From positions 1-64,000 of IMG/VR virus record IMGVR_UViG_3300035703_000060: a DNA stretch of 64,000 bases. One strand, 5' to 3'. Made by a program: the position numbers and the translations under genes. Positions 40,036-49,492 of the stretch are shown here, in pieces. The first letter of the stretch is position 1. Each line of letters opens with the position of its first letter. The notes beneath the pieces were generated by a model. It worked only from the letters and a program-made list of their open reading frames with translations. It searched no databases and had not been told where the DNA came from. This DNA is from a virus.

Positions 40036-41703
40036 ATGGCGAAACTTTTTGGTTTTTCAATTGAGGATAATGAAAAAAAATCCAAATCTATAATTTCCCC
40101 CGTTCCTCCTAACAATGAGGACGGGGTTGATCATTTTATCCAATCTGGATTTTATGGACAATATGTAGATATTGAAGGTGTCTATAGAACAGAATATGAT
40201 TTGATTCGCCGCTATCGTGAAATGGCATTACATCCAGAATGTGATGGTGCTATTGAAGACGTGGTTAATGAAGCTCTTGTTAGTGATTTGTATGATTCTC
40301 CAGTAGAAATTGAGTTAACTAATTTAAATGCAAGTGATAAATTAAAAGAAATTATTAGAAATGAATTTAAATATATTAAAGAAATTATGGACTTCGATAA
40401 GAAGTGTCATGAAATTTTTAGAAACTGGTATATTGATGGAAGAATTTATTATTTAAAAGTTATAGATCTTAAGAAACCTGAAGATGGTATTCAGGAGTTG
40501 AGATATATAGATCCAATGAAAATAAAGCATATACGTCAAGAGAAGAAAGATAAAAATGATGGATATGTTACCATAAACAAAGGAATAGAAGATAATAAAT
40601 TTCCAGAAATTGAAGAATACTTCATATATACACCAACTCCAAATTTCCCAGCAGGAACGATTAGTGGTGGTTCAAAAAAAGGTGTAAAAATCACAAAAGA
40701 TGCTGTTGCATATTGCAATTCAGGATTAGTAGATAGAAATAAAGGAACCGTACTTTCTTATTTACATAAAGCAATTAAAGCACTCAATCAATTAAGAATG
40801 ATTGAGGATTCTCTAGTAATTTACAGATTATCAAGAGCACCTGAAAGAAGAATTTTTTACATTGATGTTGGTAATCTTCCCAAAGTGAAAGCGGAACAGT
40901 ATCTCAAGGAGGTAATGAGTCGTTATCGTAACAAACTTGTTTACGACGCAAATACTGGTGAGGTTCGTGATGATCGTAAGTTTGTGAGCATGATGGAAGA
41001 TTTTTGGCTTCCAAGAAGAGAAGGTGGTAGAGGCACTGAAATTACAACTCTTCCTGGTGGTCAAAATCTTGGAGAACTTGCAGACATTGAATATTTCCAG
41101 AAAAAACTTTATAGAGCACTTGGTGTTCCTGAATCTAGAATTGCAGGTGGTGGTGATGGATTTAATTTAGGTCGTTCATCCGAAATCTTAAGAGATGAAC
41201 TTAAGTTTTCTAAATTTGTAGGTCGTTTAAGAAAAAGATTTGCAAATGTATTTAATGATATTTTACGTACACAACTGTTATTAAAAAATGTTGTTACACC
41301 AGAAGATTGGGATAAAATGTCCGATCACATTCAATATGATTTCTTATATGACAATCATTTTGCAGAATTAAAAGAAGCAGAACTATTGACAAATAGACTT
41401 ACTCTTGCAACAACTGTAGAACCTTATGTAGGGAAATACTATTCAACTGAATATGTTCGTAAGAAAATTCTTAGGCAAACTGATTCTGAAATTATTGATA
41501 TTGATTTACAAATTCAAGATGAAATTCAAAAAGGTATTCTTCCAGATCCTAATGCTCCGGTAGATGAAATGGGAAATCCTCTTCCTGGAGGAGGTGGTGA
41601 CATTCCCCAAGAAGAAGTTCCTGTAGATCAACAAGTTCCTCCTACTGAAGAACAAGTTCCACTCGAACCAGAAATTGTAAAACCAAAAGGCGGCAAAATA
41701 TAA
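40036..41703 (+). CDS. gp20: portal vertex protein gp20
   Basis: YRLSRAPERRIFYIDVGNLPK.KAEQY, EDFWLPRREGGRGTEI. GATAAATA late-like box at 39999-40006. Confidence 0.98.
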   Translation: MAKLFGFSIEDNEKKSKSIISPVPPNNEDGVDHFIQSGFYGQYVDIEGVYRTEYDLIRRYREMALHPECDGAIEDVVNEALVSDLYDSPVEIELTNLNASDKLKEIIRNEFKYIKEIMDFDKKCHEIFRNWYIDGRIYYLKVIDLKKPEDGIQELRYIDPMKIKHIRQEKKDKNDGYVTINKGIEDNKFPEIEEYFIYTPTPNFPAGTISGGSKKGVKITKDAVAYCNSGLVDRNKGTVLSYLHKAIKALNQLRMIEDSLVIYRLSRAPERRIFYIDVGNLPKVKAEQYLKEVMSRYRNKLVYDANTGEVRDDRKFVSMMEDFWLPRREGGRGTEITTLPGGQNLGELADIEYFQKKLYRALGVPESRIAGGGDGFNLGRSSEILRDELKFSKFVGRLRKRFANVFNDILRTQLLLKNVVTPEDWDKMSDHIQYDFLYDNHFAELKEAELLTNRLTLATTVEPYVGKYYSTEYVRKKILRQTDSEIIDIDLQIQDEIQKGILPDPNAPVDEMGNPLPGGGGDIPQEEVPVDQQVPPTEEQVPLEPEIVKPKGGKI

Positions 41704-41706
41704 ATA
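41699..41706 (+). promoter_or_regulatory. T4-type late promoter
   Basis: Exact TATAAATA overlapping the gp20 stop. Confidence 0.75.
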
Positions 41707-41730
41707 ATCTTATAATAATACAATAAATTT

Positions 41731-41907
41731 ATGGATAACATTATAGACTTGATTGCTACTGATTCTTCTCCTGCAGAAATTGCAGATGGTATAAAAGCAG
41801 CACTTTTTGCAAAGTCTGCAGAAAAACTTAATGATATTCGTCCTTATGTGGCTTCATCATTATTTGGTGCAGAAGAATCTGAAAATTCTTTTGAAGATGA
41901 AGAATGA
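41731..41907 (+). CDS. small acidic prohead core protein, gp67-like position (58 aa, not in ORF track)
   Basis: MDNIIDLIATDSSPAEIADGIKAALFAKSAEKLNDIRPYVASSLFGAEESENSFEDEE directly after the portal gene. Confidence 0.7.
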   Translation: MDNIIDLIATDSSPAEIADGIKAALFAKSAEKLNDIRPYVASSLFGAEESENSFEDEE

Positions 41908-41932
41908 TATTTAAATCATAAAGGAAAAAATA

Positions 41933-42208
41933 ATGTCAGCACGAATTAAAATTCTTGGAGCAGAAGCAGCACTTCCAACTACAACTGGAACAGCAACTAG
42001 TTTCAGTTCAGCAACAGTCGTCCGTTTAGTTAATACTGCAACTAGTGCAGATTATCTGGTTACGGTTGTTGAAACACAGGGTGGCAGTGTTATTGGATCA
42101 TTCACACTAATGAGGTCTCAATCAGAATTGTTAGAAAAATTACCATCACATTGCGTTTATGCTGCAAACGCTGCTGTTTTGGGAGCAAAAGTAGGATTTA
42201 CAAACTAA
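41933..42208 (+). CDS. small conserved virion-region protein
   Basis: 91-aa ORF with AAGGA upstream, between portal and protease. Confidence 0.7.
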   Translation: MSARIKILGAEAALPTTTGTATSFSSATVVRLVNTATSADYLVTVVETQGGSVIGSFTLMRSQSELLEKLPSHCVYAANAAVLGAKVGFTN

Positions 42209-42212
42209 GAAA

Positions 42213-42863
42213 ATGAAACTCATCACAGAAGAAGTATCACAAGTAAAATTTATCACCGAAGGAAAAGGTTCTCAGAAAAAACTGTATATTGAAGGAGTTT
42301 TTCTTCAAGGTGATATTTGTAATCGCAATGGAAGAATGTATCCAATGGAGACACTCTCCCGCGAGGTAAAAAGATATACAGAATCTTTTATTAACAAGGG
42401 TCGTGCTCTTGGAGAACTTGGACACCCAGATGGTCCAACAGTAAACCTTGATCGAGTTTCTCATAAAATTGTTTCTCTTACTCAAGAGGGATCTAATTTT
42501 AGAGGTAAAGCACAACTTCTCGAAACTCCAATGGGCAAGATTGCAAAATCTCTTATTGATGAAGGAGTTTGTCTTGGTGTTTCTTCTCGTGGTGTTGGTT
42601 CACTCAAAATGACCAATGAAGGTCACAAAATTGTTGGTGAAGATTTCATGCTTGCTACTGCAGCTGATATCGTTGCCGATCCTTCTGCTCCTGATGCTTT
42701 TGTTCAGGGAATTATGGAAGGTAAAGAGTGGGTATGGGAAGGCGGAATTCTTCGTGAGCAACTTGCAGAATCTACAAAACGTAGAATTAATACTTTAGTT
42801 GATGAAAGAATACTTCAAGAATATAAAGTTGAGTTGTTCCAAGAGTTTCTCTCAAATCTTTAA
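42213..42863 (+). CDS. gp21: prohead core protease gp21
   Basis: LYIEGVFLQ...NRNGR.YP, ALGELGHP, GVSSRG.GS, DIVADPSAPDA. Confidence 0.97.
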   Translation: MKLITEEVSQVKFITEGKGSQKKLYIEGVFLQGDICNRNGRMYPMETLSREVKRYTESFINKGRALGELGHPDGPTVNLDRVSHKIVSLTQEGSNFRGKAQLLETPMGKIAKSLIDEGVCLGVSSRGVGSLKMTNEGHKIVGEDFMLATAADIVADPSAPDAFVQGIMEGKEWVWEGGILREQLAESTKRRINTLVDERILQEYKVELFQEFLSNL

Positions 42864-42865
42864 AT

Positions 42866-42873
42866 TATAAATA
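42866..42873 (+). promoter_or_regulatory. T4-type late promoter
   Basis: Exact TATAAATA upstream of gp22. Confidence 0.8.
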
Positions 42874-42905
42874 AATATAGATTAAATACAAAGATCTAAA
42901 AACAA

Positions 42906-44030
42906 ATGTCCGTTGGTAGAAATTTACAAGAAATGGAAAACGTAGTAACCAAAGGTGCTGCACCTGCCGAACCAATGCACAACACCTCACAGAATGCATC
43001 TGGAGTTGCTACTCCAGGTCAAACTGGTGCTTGGGAAGATTTAGGTGGACCTACTCCAGAAAATTATCGTCCAGATGATGATTCTGCAAAACTCAAGGAT
43101 CCATCAGCGACTCTTGCCCAAGTAAGAGATGTTGTAAATGCTAAGGCAGCAGCAGTTAAAGAAGAAGTTGTTGACGAAGAGGAAGACGTAATTTCTGAAG
43201 AGGAAGAAGTTGAAGAAGAAGACTTAGAGGCAGAAATAGAAGAAGAAGAAGCAGCAGAAGAAAGCGAAGAAGAAGTAGTTGCAGAAGAAGAGTTTGATAT
43301 CGAAGAAGATGTCAATGCTCTCCTCGCTGGTGAAGAGCTTTCCGAGGAATTCCAAGAGAAAGCACGCACCATCTTCGAAGCTGCTATCCGTTCAAAAGTT
43401 TCTGAAATCAAAGAAGAACTTCAAGAGACTTATGAAAATGCACTTATTGAAGAAGTTCAGTTCATTAAAGAAGAATTAACTGAGCGTTTAGACGCTTATC
43501 TTGAGTACGTTGCCGATGAGTGGATTCAAGAGAATGCACTCGCCATCGAGCACGGTCTCAAGACTGAGATGACCGAATCATTCCTTCAAGGAATGAGAGG
43601 TCTTTTTGAAGATCATTATGTTTCAATCCCTGAAGATAGATATGATGTAATCGAGAGCATGGTAGATAAACTTGATGAAATGGAAGAAAAACTCAACGAG
43701 CAAATCGAAAGAAACGTTGCTCTGAACAGAAGATTAGCCGAGTCGGTTGCCGATGTAATCTTTGCAGATGTCGCTGAGGGTCTCGCACTTTCTCAGAAGG
43801 ACAAACTCGCTTCTCTTGCAGAAAATGTTGAGTTTGATGGTGAAGAGAACTATCGTGAGAAACTGGTAACTCTGAGGGAATCATATTTCCCAACCAGAAG
43901 TGCTGGTACTCAAAGAGATGACTCTGAAACTTTATCTGAGTCTGTTTCCTATGATACAAATTTAACTGAATCTGTATCACCTTCTATGGAAGCATATCTT
44001 CAGACTCTTAGCAGAGTCGCTAAAAAGTGA
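42906..44030 (+). CDS. gp22: prohead core scaffold protein gp22
   Basis: LSEEFQEKARTIFEAA, YLEYVADEW..EN, acidic coiled coil between gp21 and gp23. Confidence 0.95.
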   Translation: MSVGRNLQEMENVVTKGAAPAEPMHNTSQNASGVATPGQTGAWEDLGGPTPENYRPDDDSAKLKDPSATLAQVRDVVNAKAAAVKEEVVDEEEDVISEEEEVEEEDLEAEIEEEEAAEESEEEVVAEEEFDIEEDVNALLAGEELSEEFQEKARTIFEAAIRSKVSEIKEELQETYENALIEEVQFIKEELTERLDAYLEYVADEWIQENALAIEHGLKTEMTESFLQGMRGLFEDHYVSIPEDRYDVIESMVDKLDEMEEKLNEQIERNVALNRRLAESVADVIFADVAEGLALSQKDKLASLAENVEFDGEENYREKLVTLRESYFPTRSAGTQRDDSETLSESVSYDTNLTESVSPSMEAYLQTLSRVAKK

Positions 44031-44080
44031 TTTTTAAATTATAACGATCAAACTAAATTTTTTTAAAAGAGGTAAAACAA

Positions 44081-45490
44081 ATGCAAATGTTCAACGCAGA
44101 ATATTTGCAGGAGAAGTGGGCACCTATCCTGGACTACTCAGGACTCGATGAAATCAAAGATTCACATCGTAGAGCTGTAACCGCTATCCTGCTCGAAAAC
44201 CAAGAAAAGGAACTTCGTGAAGCACGCGAATTCCTTTATGAAGCTCCAACCAACTTCACTGCATCTGGTGCAAGTGGTGCTGGTTTTGGTGGTAGTGCTC
44301 AAGGTTTTAGTGCTGGTCCTACCGCAGGTTTCGACCCTGTTCTGATCAGCCTCATTCGCCGTTCAATGCCCAACCTGATCGCTTATGATCTGTGCGGCGT
44401 TCAACCAATGAATGGTCCTACTGGACTCATCTTCGCAATGCGTTCCCGCTACAATAACCAAAGCGGAACTGAAGCATTCTTCAACGAAGTAGATTCTGCA
44501 TTCTCTGGTCAAGATTCTGGATTTAATGTTACTAGTGGATTCACCGCTGGTAGCGTTGGTATGGGTACTACCACACAGCAAGGTACTAATCCTGGTATCC
44601 TTGATGGTACTGCTCCACAAACTGGTGACGCAACTACCTACAACGTAGGTCAGGGTATGCGTACAGACTCTGCAGAAGACCTTGGACAAGGTTCTGGTGA
44701 TCACTTCAACCAGATGGCATTCTCAATCGAGAAGGTCACTGTAACTGCAAAGTCACGCGCACTGAAGGCTGAGTATTCATTAGAACTCGCTCAAGACCTC
44801 AAGGCAATTCATGGTCTGAATGCAGAAGCTGAGTTGGCAAACATTCTGTCAACTGAGATTCTTGCTGAAATCAACCGTGAAATCATTCGTACCATCTACA
44901 ACGTCGCTAAGCCTGGTGCTCAAGCAAACGTTGCAACCTCTGGTACTTTTGACCTTGACGTTGATTCAAACGGTCGTTGGTCTGTTGAGAAGTTCAAGGG
45001 TCTTATCTTCCAAATCGAGCGCGACGCTAACGCGATTGCACAAACAACTCGTAGAGGAAAGGGTAACATGATCCTCTGCTCTGCTGACGTTGCTTCGGCA
45101 CTCACCATGGCAGGTGTTCTTGACTACACCCCAGCACTCAACGCTAACCTGAACGTTGATGACACTGGTAACACCTTCGCAGGTGTTCTCCAAGGTAAGT
45201 ATCGCGTATATATCGATCCTTATGCTGCTAACGTATCTGCTAACCAGTTCTACGTTGTAGGTTATAAGGGTTCTTCACCTTATGATGCAGGTCTCTTCTA
45301 CTGCCCATATGTTCCTCTCCAAATGGTTCGTGCCGTTGGTGAGAACACCTTCCAGCCCAAGATTGGCTTTAAGACCCGTTACGGTCTTGTTGCCAACCCA
45401 TTTGCTGAAGGTGCAACTGTTGGTCAAGGTGCTCTTAACCGTAACGCTAACGCTTACTACAGAAGAGTCAAAGTGACCAATTTAATGTGA
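44081..45490 (+). CDS. gp23: major capsid protein gp23
   Basis: KWAPILD, GVQPMNGPTGLIFAMR, AKSRALKAEYSLELAQDLKAIHG, FQPKIGFKTRYG; strong codon bias. Confidence 0.99.
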   Translation: MQMFNAEYLQEKWAPILDYSGLDEIKDSHRRAVTAILLENQEKELREAREFLYEAPTNFTASGASGAGFGGSAQGFSAGPTAGFDPVLISLIRRSMPNLIAYDLCGVQPMNGPTGLIFAMRSRYNNQSGTEAFFNEVDSAFSGQDSGFNVTSGFTAGSVGMGTTTQQGTNPGILDGTAPQTGDATTYNVGQGMRTDSAEDLGQGSGDHFNQMAFSIEKVTVTAKSRALKAEYSLELAQDLKAIHGLNAEAELANILSTEILAEINREIIRTIYNVAKPGAQANVATSGTFDLDVDSNGRWSVEKFKGLIFQIERDANAIAQTTRRGKGNMILCSADVASALTMAGVLDYTPALNANLNVDDTGNTFAGVLQGKYRVYIDPYAANVSANQFYVVGYKGSSPYDAGLFYCPYVPLQMVRAVGENTFQPKIGFKTRYGLVANPFAEGATVGQGALNRNANAYYRRVKVTNLM

Positions 45491-45510
45491 TTTCGATTCA
45501 CATATCTACC

Positions 45511-45538
45511 AGACCTCCCGAAAGGGGGGTCTTTTTTT
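45511..45538 (+). terminator. rho-independent terminator after gp23
   Basis: AGACCTCCC-GAAA-GGGGGGTCT followed by a T tract. Confidence 0.9.
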
Positions 45539-45559
45539 ATCTAAATAAAAATAAAAAGA

Positions 45560-45973
45560 ATGAAGACTTTTAAGCAGTTTATATCTGAAGCATTACCATT
45601 TGGTGCTGTAGTATCAACTAGTTCTTATGGTCCAGGATTATATGGAAATCCTACTGCATCTGGTGCAAAATTAACTCCATCAACTAGAGGGGTTGCACAT
45701 AAAACTTTACCTCTTGGAAGTCAGGTAAGAATTACAGATCCCAAAACAAAAAGATCAATAACTGCTCCAGTCGTTGATAGAGGACCTTATCATGGAAATC
45801 GCCAATACGACTTAACTACAAAAACAACACAAGATCTTGGATATAAAGACTATAAACAATTTGGTGTTAGAGATCTTGACGTAACACCTATAAAACCAAA
45901 ACCAAAAGTTCCAGATTTGGGTGTAAAGGTTGATATGAGTGTTCCAAAAATTGTTCCAACTAAGAAAAGATAA
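45560..45973 (+). CDS. RlpA-like double-psi beta-barrel lytic transglycosylase with capsid-targeting-like N-terminus
   Basis: SYGPGLYGNPTASG...VAHKTLPLGSQVRIT...VVDRGPY..NRQYDL. N-terminus MKTFKQFISE. TCTAAATA at 45540-45547. Confidence 0.85.
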   Translation: MKTFKQFISEALPFGAVVSTSSYGPGLYGNPTASGAKLTPSTRGVAHKTLPLGSQVRITDPKTKRSITAPVVDRGPYHGNRQYDLTTKTTQDLGYKDYKQFGVRDLDVTPIKPKPKVPDLGVKVDMSVPKIVPTKKR

Positions 45974-46518
45974 TGGCAACTTCACCATTCAATAAACAAT
46001 TACAAAATAGAAACTTTCTATCCCCAGTAGGATTTGAATTTTCTTTGGCAAAGTATCCAAAAGTTTCCTTTTTTTGTAACTCTGCAAAAATTCCACAAAT
46101 ATCATTGCAAACTGAAATTCAATCCACTTATTTAAAGCAAATTGACATTCCTGGTGACCAATTAACATATTCCGATTTAACATTAAGATTTTTAGTTGAT
46201 GAAGATTTAGTTAATTATAAAACTGTGCATAACTGGTTAACTTCTCTTGGATTTCCAGAAACAGCAGATCAATATGCAAGTCAATTGAATGAAAATGGAA
46301 TTAGAGACCCTTTAAATTTTTTCAGTGATGGTACTTTGATTATTTTAAATAGCAATTATAATCCAAAAGCACAAGTAAAATTTAAAGACCTTTTTCCAGT
46401 TTCTTTAACTTCTTTAGATTTTGATTCTACAGCAACAGACATACAATACTTTACGGCAGAGGTATCTTTCAAGTATACTGTCTATAATATCCTTAACATG
46501 CAAAATAAACCATTATGA
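45973..46518 (+). CDS. gp3: tail completion / tube terminator gp3
   Basis: NFLSPVGF.F...PKVSFFC, L.FLVDEDL.NY, FKDLFPVSL; synteny with uvsY. Confidence 0.88.
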   Translation: MATSPFNKQLQNRNFLSPVGFEFSLAKYPKVSFFCNSAKIPQISLQTEIQSTYLKQIDIPGDQLTYSDLTLRFLVDEDLVNYKTVHNWLTSLGFPETADQYASQLNENGIRDPLNFFSDGTLIILNSNYNPKAQVKFKDLFPVSLTSLDFDSTATDIQYFTAEVSFKYTVYNILNMQNKPL

Positions 46519-46946
46519 ATCTTGACGAAATACAGGACATGTGGCAGAGAGATTCTGTCATCGATCCTGATAATTTACATGATGAATCCTTAAAAATTCC
46601 TCAACTACATTCAAAATATTATACAGTTTATAATACAATTACTCTTCTTCGTGAAAAAGCAAGAGAAACTCATAATAGAGTTAAGTTAGAACGATACAAC
46701 TACTACACAGGAAAGGCACCAGCAGAGGTTTACGTAAAAGAACCTTTCCCATATAAAGTCAGAGAAAAAGACGCCTTACAGAGGCATATGGACGCAGATG
46801 AGAAACTTTCAAAAATTGAAATGAAGATTCGATATTATGATATTATGCTTAAGTTTCTTGAGGAAGTGATTAAGATGATTTCTAATCGTAATTATTCCAT
46901 CAAGAACGCAATAGATTGGAACCGCTTCCAGGCAGGGTTTAATTGA
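46515..46946 (+). CDS. uvsY: recombination mediator UvsY
   Basis: W.RDS.ID...L..ESLKIPQLHSKY, RNYSIKNAIDW.RF.AG. Confidence 0.92.
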   Translation: MNLDEIQDMWQRDSVIDPDNLHDESLKIPQLHSKYYTVYNTITLLREKARETHNRVKLERYNYYTGKAPAEVYVKEPFPYKVREKDALQRHMDADEKLSKIEMKIRYYDIMLKFLEEVIKMISNRNYSIKNAIDWNRFQAGFN

Positions 46947-46980
46947 GACAATAAATACTCGTAAGTAATATTATGAGTAT

Positions 46981-48444
46981 ATGTCTCATTTGATTATATC
47001 AAAAAAGAATGAAGTATATCTTCAAGTAAAAGCAGAACCTCACATTTACTACGAACTGGCAGATCAGTTCACGTTTGAGGTTCCAAATGCTAAATTCAGT
47101 CCTCAGTTTCGCAACAAATATTGGGACGGAAAAATTCGTTTGTTCAATACCCAAACTGGTGAAATCTATGTTGGATTATTGGACAAACTTATAAGATTTT
47201 GTGAAAATCATGAATATACTTATGAATTTGTTGATAATAAATTTTATGGTCTTCCTTTTGAGGTAAACAAAAATATCTCAAAAGAAGGTGTAAAGGATTA
47301 TATGAATTCTATCTGCAAGTATGCTCCCCGCGAGTATCAAGTTGAGGGAGTATACGACGCTTTAAGACATAATAGAAAGTTGTTGATATCTCCAACTGCT
47401 TCTGGAAAGTCTTTGATGATATACTCGATTGTGAGATATTACGTTGAGAGAGGACAAAATACTCTGATAGTCGTGCCGACGACATCCCTTGTAGAGCAGA
47501 TGTATAAAGATTTTGCAGATTATGGATGGGATGTGGGTTCATTTTGCCACAAGATATACGCGGGAAAGGAAAGAGAAACAGACTCTCAGGTGATTATCAC
47601 TACCTGGCAGTCCATCTACAAACTTCCCCGACAATATTTCTCAAGATTTAATGTGGTCGTTGGAGATGAAGCACACCAGTTTAAATCAAAGTCATTAGTA
47701 TCTATAATGACAAAACTTTCTGATGCAAAATATCGTTTTGGATTTACTGGTACATTAGATGGATCACAAACTCATAAATGGGTTTTAGAAGGTTTATTTG
47801 GTCCTTCTTATAAGATTATCCGTACAGATGAATTGATGCAAAAGGGTCATGTTGCAAAACTTGATATTAATATTCTTTTATTAAAGCATCCACCAAATAG
47901 ATTTGAAACCTTTGAAGATGAAGTTCAATATATCATTAATCACGAAAAACGAAATAAGTTTATTCGCAATCTTGCTTTAGATCTTAAAGGTAATACACTT
48001 ATTCTTTTTTCAAGAGTTGAAGGACATGGGCAACCTTTGTACGATCTCATAAATAATAGCAAATCTGATCATCGTCATGTTTTTTTCGTTCATGGAGGCG
48101 TGGATACTGAAGATAGAGAACAGGTTAGAGAAATTACTGAAAAAGAAAATGATGCAATCATTGTGGCATCATATGGAACGTTTAGTACAGGAATTAACAT
48201 TAAGAATTTACATAATGTTATTTTTGCATCACCTTCAAAGTCTAGAATCCGTAATCTACAATCAATCGGAAGAGTACTCCGAAAAGGTAACAATAAAGTA
48301 AAAGCAACTTTATATGATATTGCCGATGATATCAGTTATAAGTCAAGAAAAAATTATACACTTAATCATTTAATGGAAAGAATAAAAGTTTATAATGAAG
48401 AAAATTTCAATTATGATATTGTAAACATACCAATTAAAAACTAA
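46981..48444 (+). CDS. uvsW: DNA helicase UvsW
   Basis: WDGKIRLF, SPTASGKS, GDEAH, QSIGRVLR. Confidence 0.97.
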   Translation: MSHLIISKKNEVYLQVKAEPHIYYELADQFTFEVPNAKFSPQFRNKYWDGKIRLFNTQTGEIYVGLLDKLIRFCENHEYTYEFVDNKFYGLPFEVNKNISKEGVKDYMNSICKYAPREYQVEGVYDALRHNRKLLISPTASGKSLMIYSIVRYYVERGQNTLIVVPTTSLVEQMYKDFADYGWDVGSFCHKIYAGKERETDSQVIITTWQSIYKLPRQYFSRFNVVVGDEAHQFKSKSLVSIMTKLSDAKYRFGFTGTLDGSQTHKWVLEGLFGPSYKIIRTDELMQKGHVAKLDINILLLKHPPNRFETFEDEVQYIINHEKRNKFIRNLALDLKGNTLILFSRVEGHGQPLYDLINNSKSDHRHVFFVHGGVDTEDREQVREITEKENDAIIVASYGTFSTGINIKNLHNVIFASPSKSRIRNLQSIGRVLRKGNNKVKATLYDIADDISYKSRKNYTLNHLMERIKVYNEENFNYDIVNIPIKN

Positions 48445-48851
48445 TGGGAGATGAATTCTACGCAATTATAAAATTAGTATCTGGTGAGGAGATCATGTCT
48501 CTTGTAATGGTCGATGAGAATGATGGTGATCCTGTTGTAGTTCTTCAAAATCCAATTACAATGAAAATGATTACAAGTTCTCAAGGATCTTTTGTTAAAG
48601 TAAAGTCGTGGATAGAAATGTCTGATGATGATTTCTTTATTATAAAATTAGATAAGATTATTACTATGACTGAAACTAAAGATAAAAGAATGATCAATCT
48701 TTATAACAACTACATTGAAGATGATTCTACCGTTGAATCTTATGAACCTGGAGGTCATGTTAGACCTTCTTCTAAGATGGGATATCTATCTTCTGTCGAA
48801 GATGCTCGTAAGAAACTCGAAAGAATCTTTAAGGGTATTAAAGAAAGCTAA
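48444..48851 (+). CDS. conserved Sm-like hypothetical protein
   Basis: IKLVSGEEI...LQNP...W pattern; usual position between uvsW and gp55. Confidence 0.65.
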   Translation: MGDEFYAIIKLVSGEEIMSLVMVDENDGDPVVVLQNPITMKMITSSQGSFVKVKSWIEMSDDDFFIIKLDKIITMTETKDKRMINLYNNYIEDDSTVESYEPGGHVRPSSKMGYLSSVEDARKKLERIFKGIKES

Positions 48852-48878
48852 ACTCTCATCTTCAACCGGGACAAAGGT

Positions 48879-48907
48879 AGTCTACATGGTTTTAGGTCTT
48901 ATGTCAA
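48879..48907 (-). promoter_or_regulatory. antisense sigma70-type promoter
   Basis: Minus strand TTGACA (48907-48902), 17 nt, TAGACT (48884-48879). Confidence 0.6.
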
Positions 48908-48921
48908 GCCCTTCAGTTATG

Positions 48922-48930
48922 TGCTATAAT
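48922..48930 (+). promoter_or_regulatory. extended -10 promoter of gp55
   Basis: TG-C-TATAAT about 38 nt upstream of the gp55 ATG. Confidence 0.7.
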
Positions 48931-48967
48931 GGTTATAACATTTTAAAACTTAATAGAATTTATTATT

Positions 48968-49492
48968 ATGCCAAGAGGAAAGGGTAAATCCGAACATTAT
49001 GTTAACAACAAAGAATTTTTAGAAGCTTTGGTTGTTTATCGGAAAAAAGTAGAACAAGACTTTATGAGTAGGAACAGTAGAAGTCCTACTCAAGAAGATA
49101 GGGGAAAGCGTTGGGAAGGTAAACCTCCAATTCCAAATTATATTGGAGAATGTTTTTTAAAGATTGCCACACATCTTTCTTATAAACCAAACTTTGTTAA
49201 CTACATGTTTCGTGAAGATATGATTTCTGATGGAATAGAAAATTGTGTTCAGTACATTCACAATTTTGATCCAGAGAAATCAAGTAATCCTTTCTCATAC
49301 TTTACTCAAATTATTCACTACGCTTTTATACGAAGAATTACAAAGGAAAAGCGTCAGTTAGAAATTAAAACTAAAATTATTGAGAAGACTGGTTTTGATG
49401 AGGTTATGACAATTGATGATGGGTTGCTTTCTGGGAGCAATTCGGATTATAATACAATGAAGGACAACATCCAATATCGTAGTAACAGATGA
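48968..49492 (+). CDS. gp55: late-transcription sigma factor gp55
   Basis: HYVNNKEF, YIGECFLKIA, DMISDGIENC, NPFSYFTQI..AF.RRI.KEK. Confidence 0.96.
   Translation: MPRGKGKSEHYVNNKEFLEALVVYRKKVEQDFMSRNSRSPTQEDRGKRWEGKPPIPNYIGECFLKIATHLSYKPNFVNYMFREDMISDGIENCVQYIHNFDPEKSSNPFSYFTQIIHYAFIRRITKEKRQLEIKTKIIEKTGFDEVMTIDDGLLSGSNSDYNTMKDNIQYRSNR

Noticed and set aside
43064-43411. Minus-strand Ser-rich ORF, and the other minus-strand track ORFs (e.g. 12088..12483, 54168..54611, 57739..58254, 58324..58911)
   Set aside because: They are shadows of well-supported plus-strand genes (for example, the GAA-rich tract of gp22 reads as poly-Ser). They have no ribosome sites or recognisable motifs.
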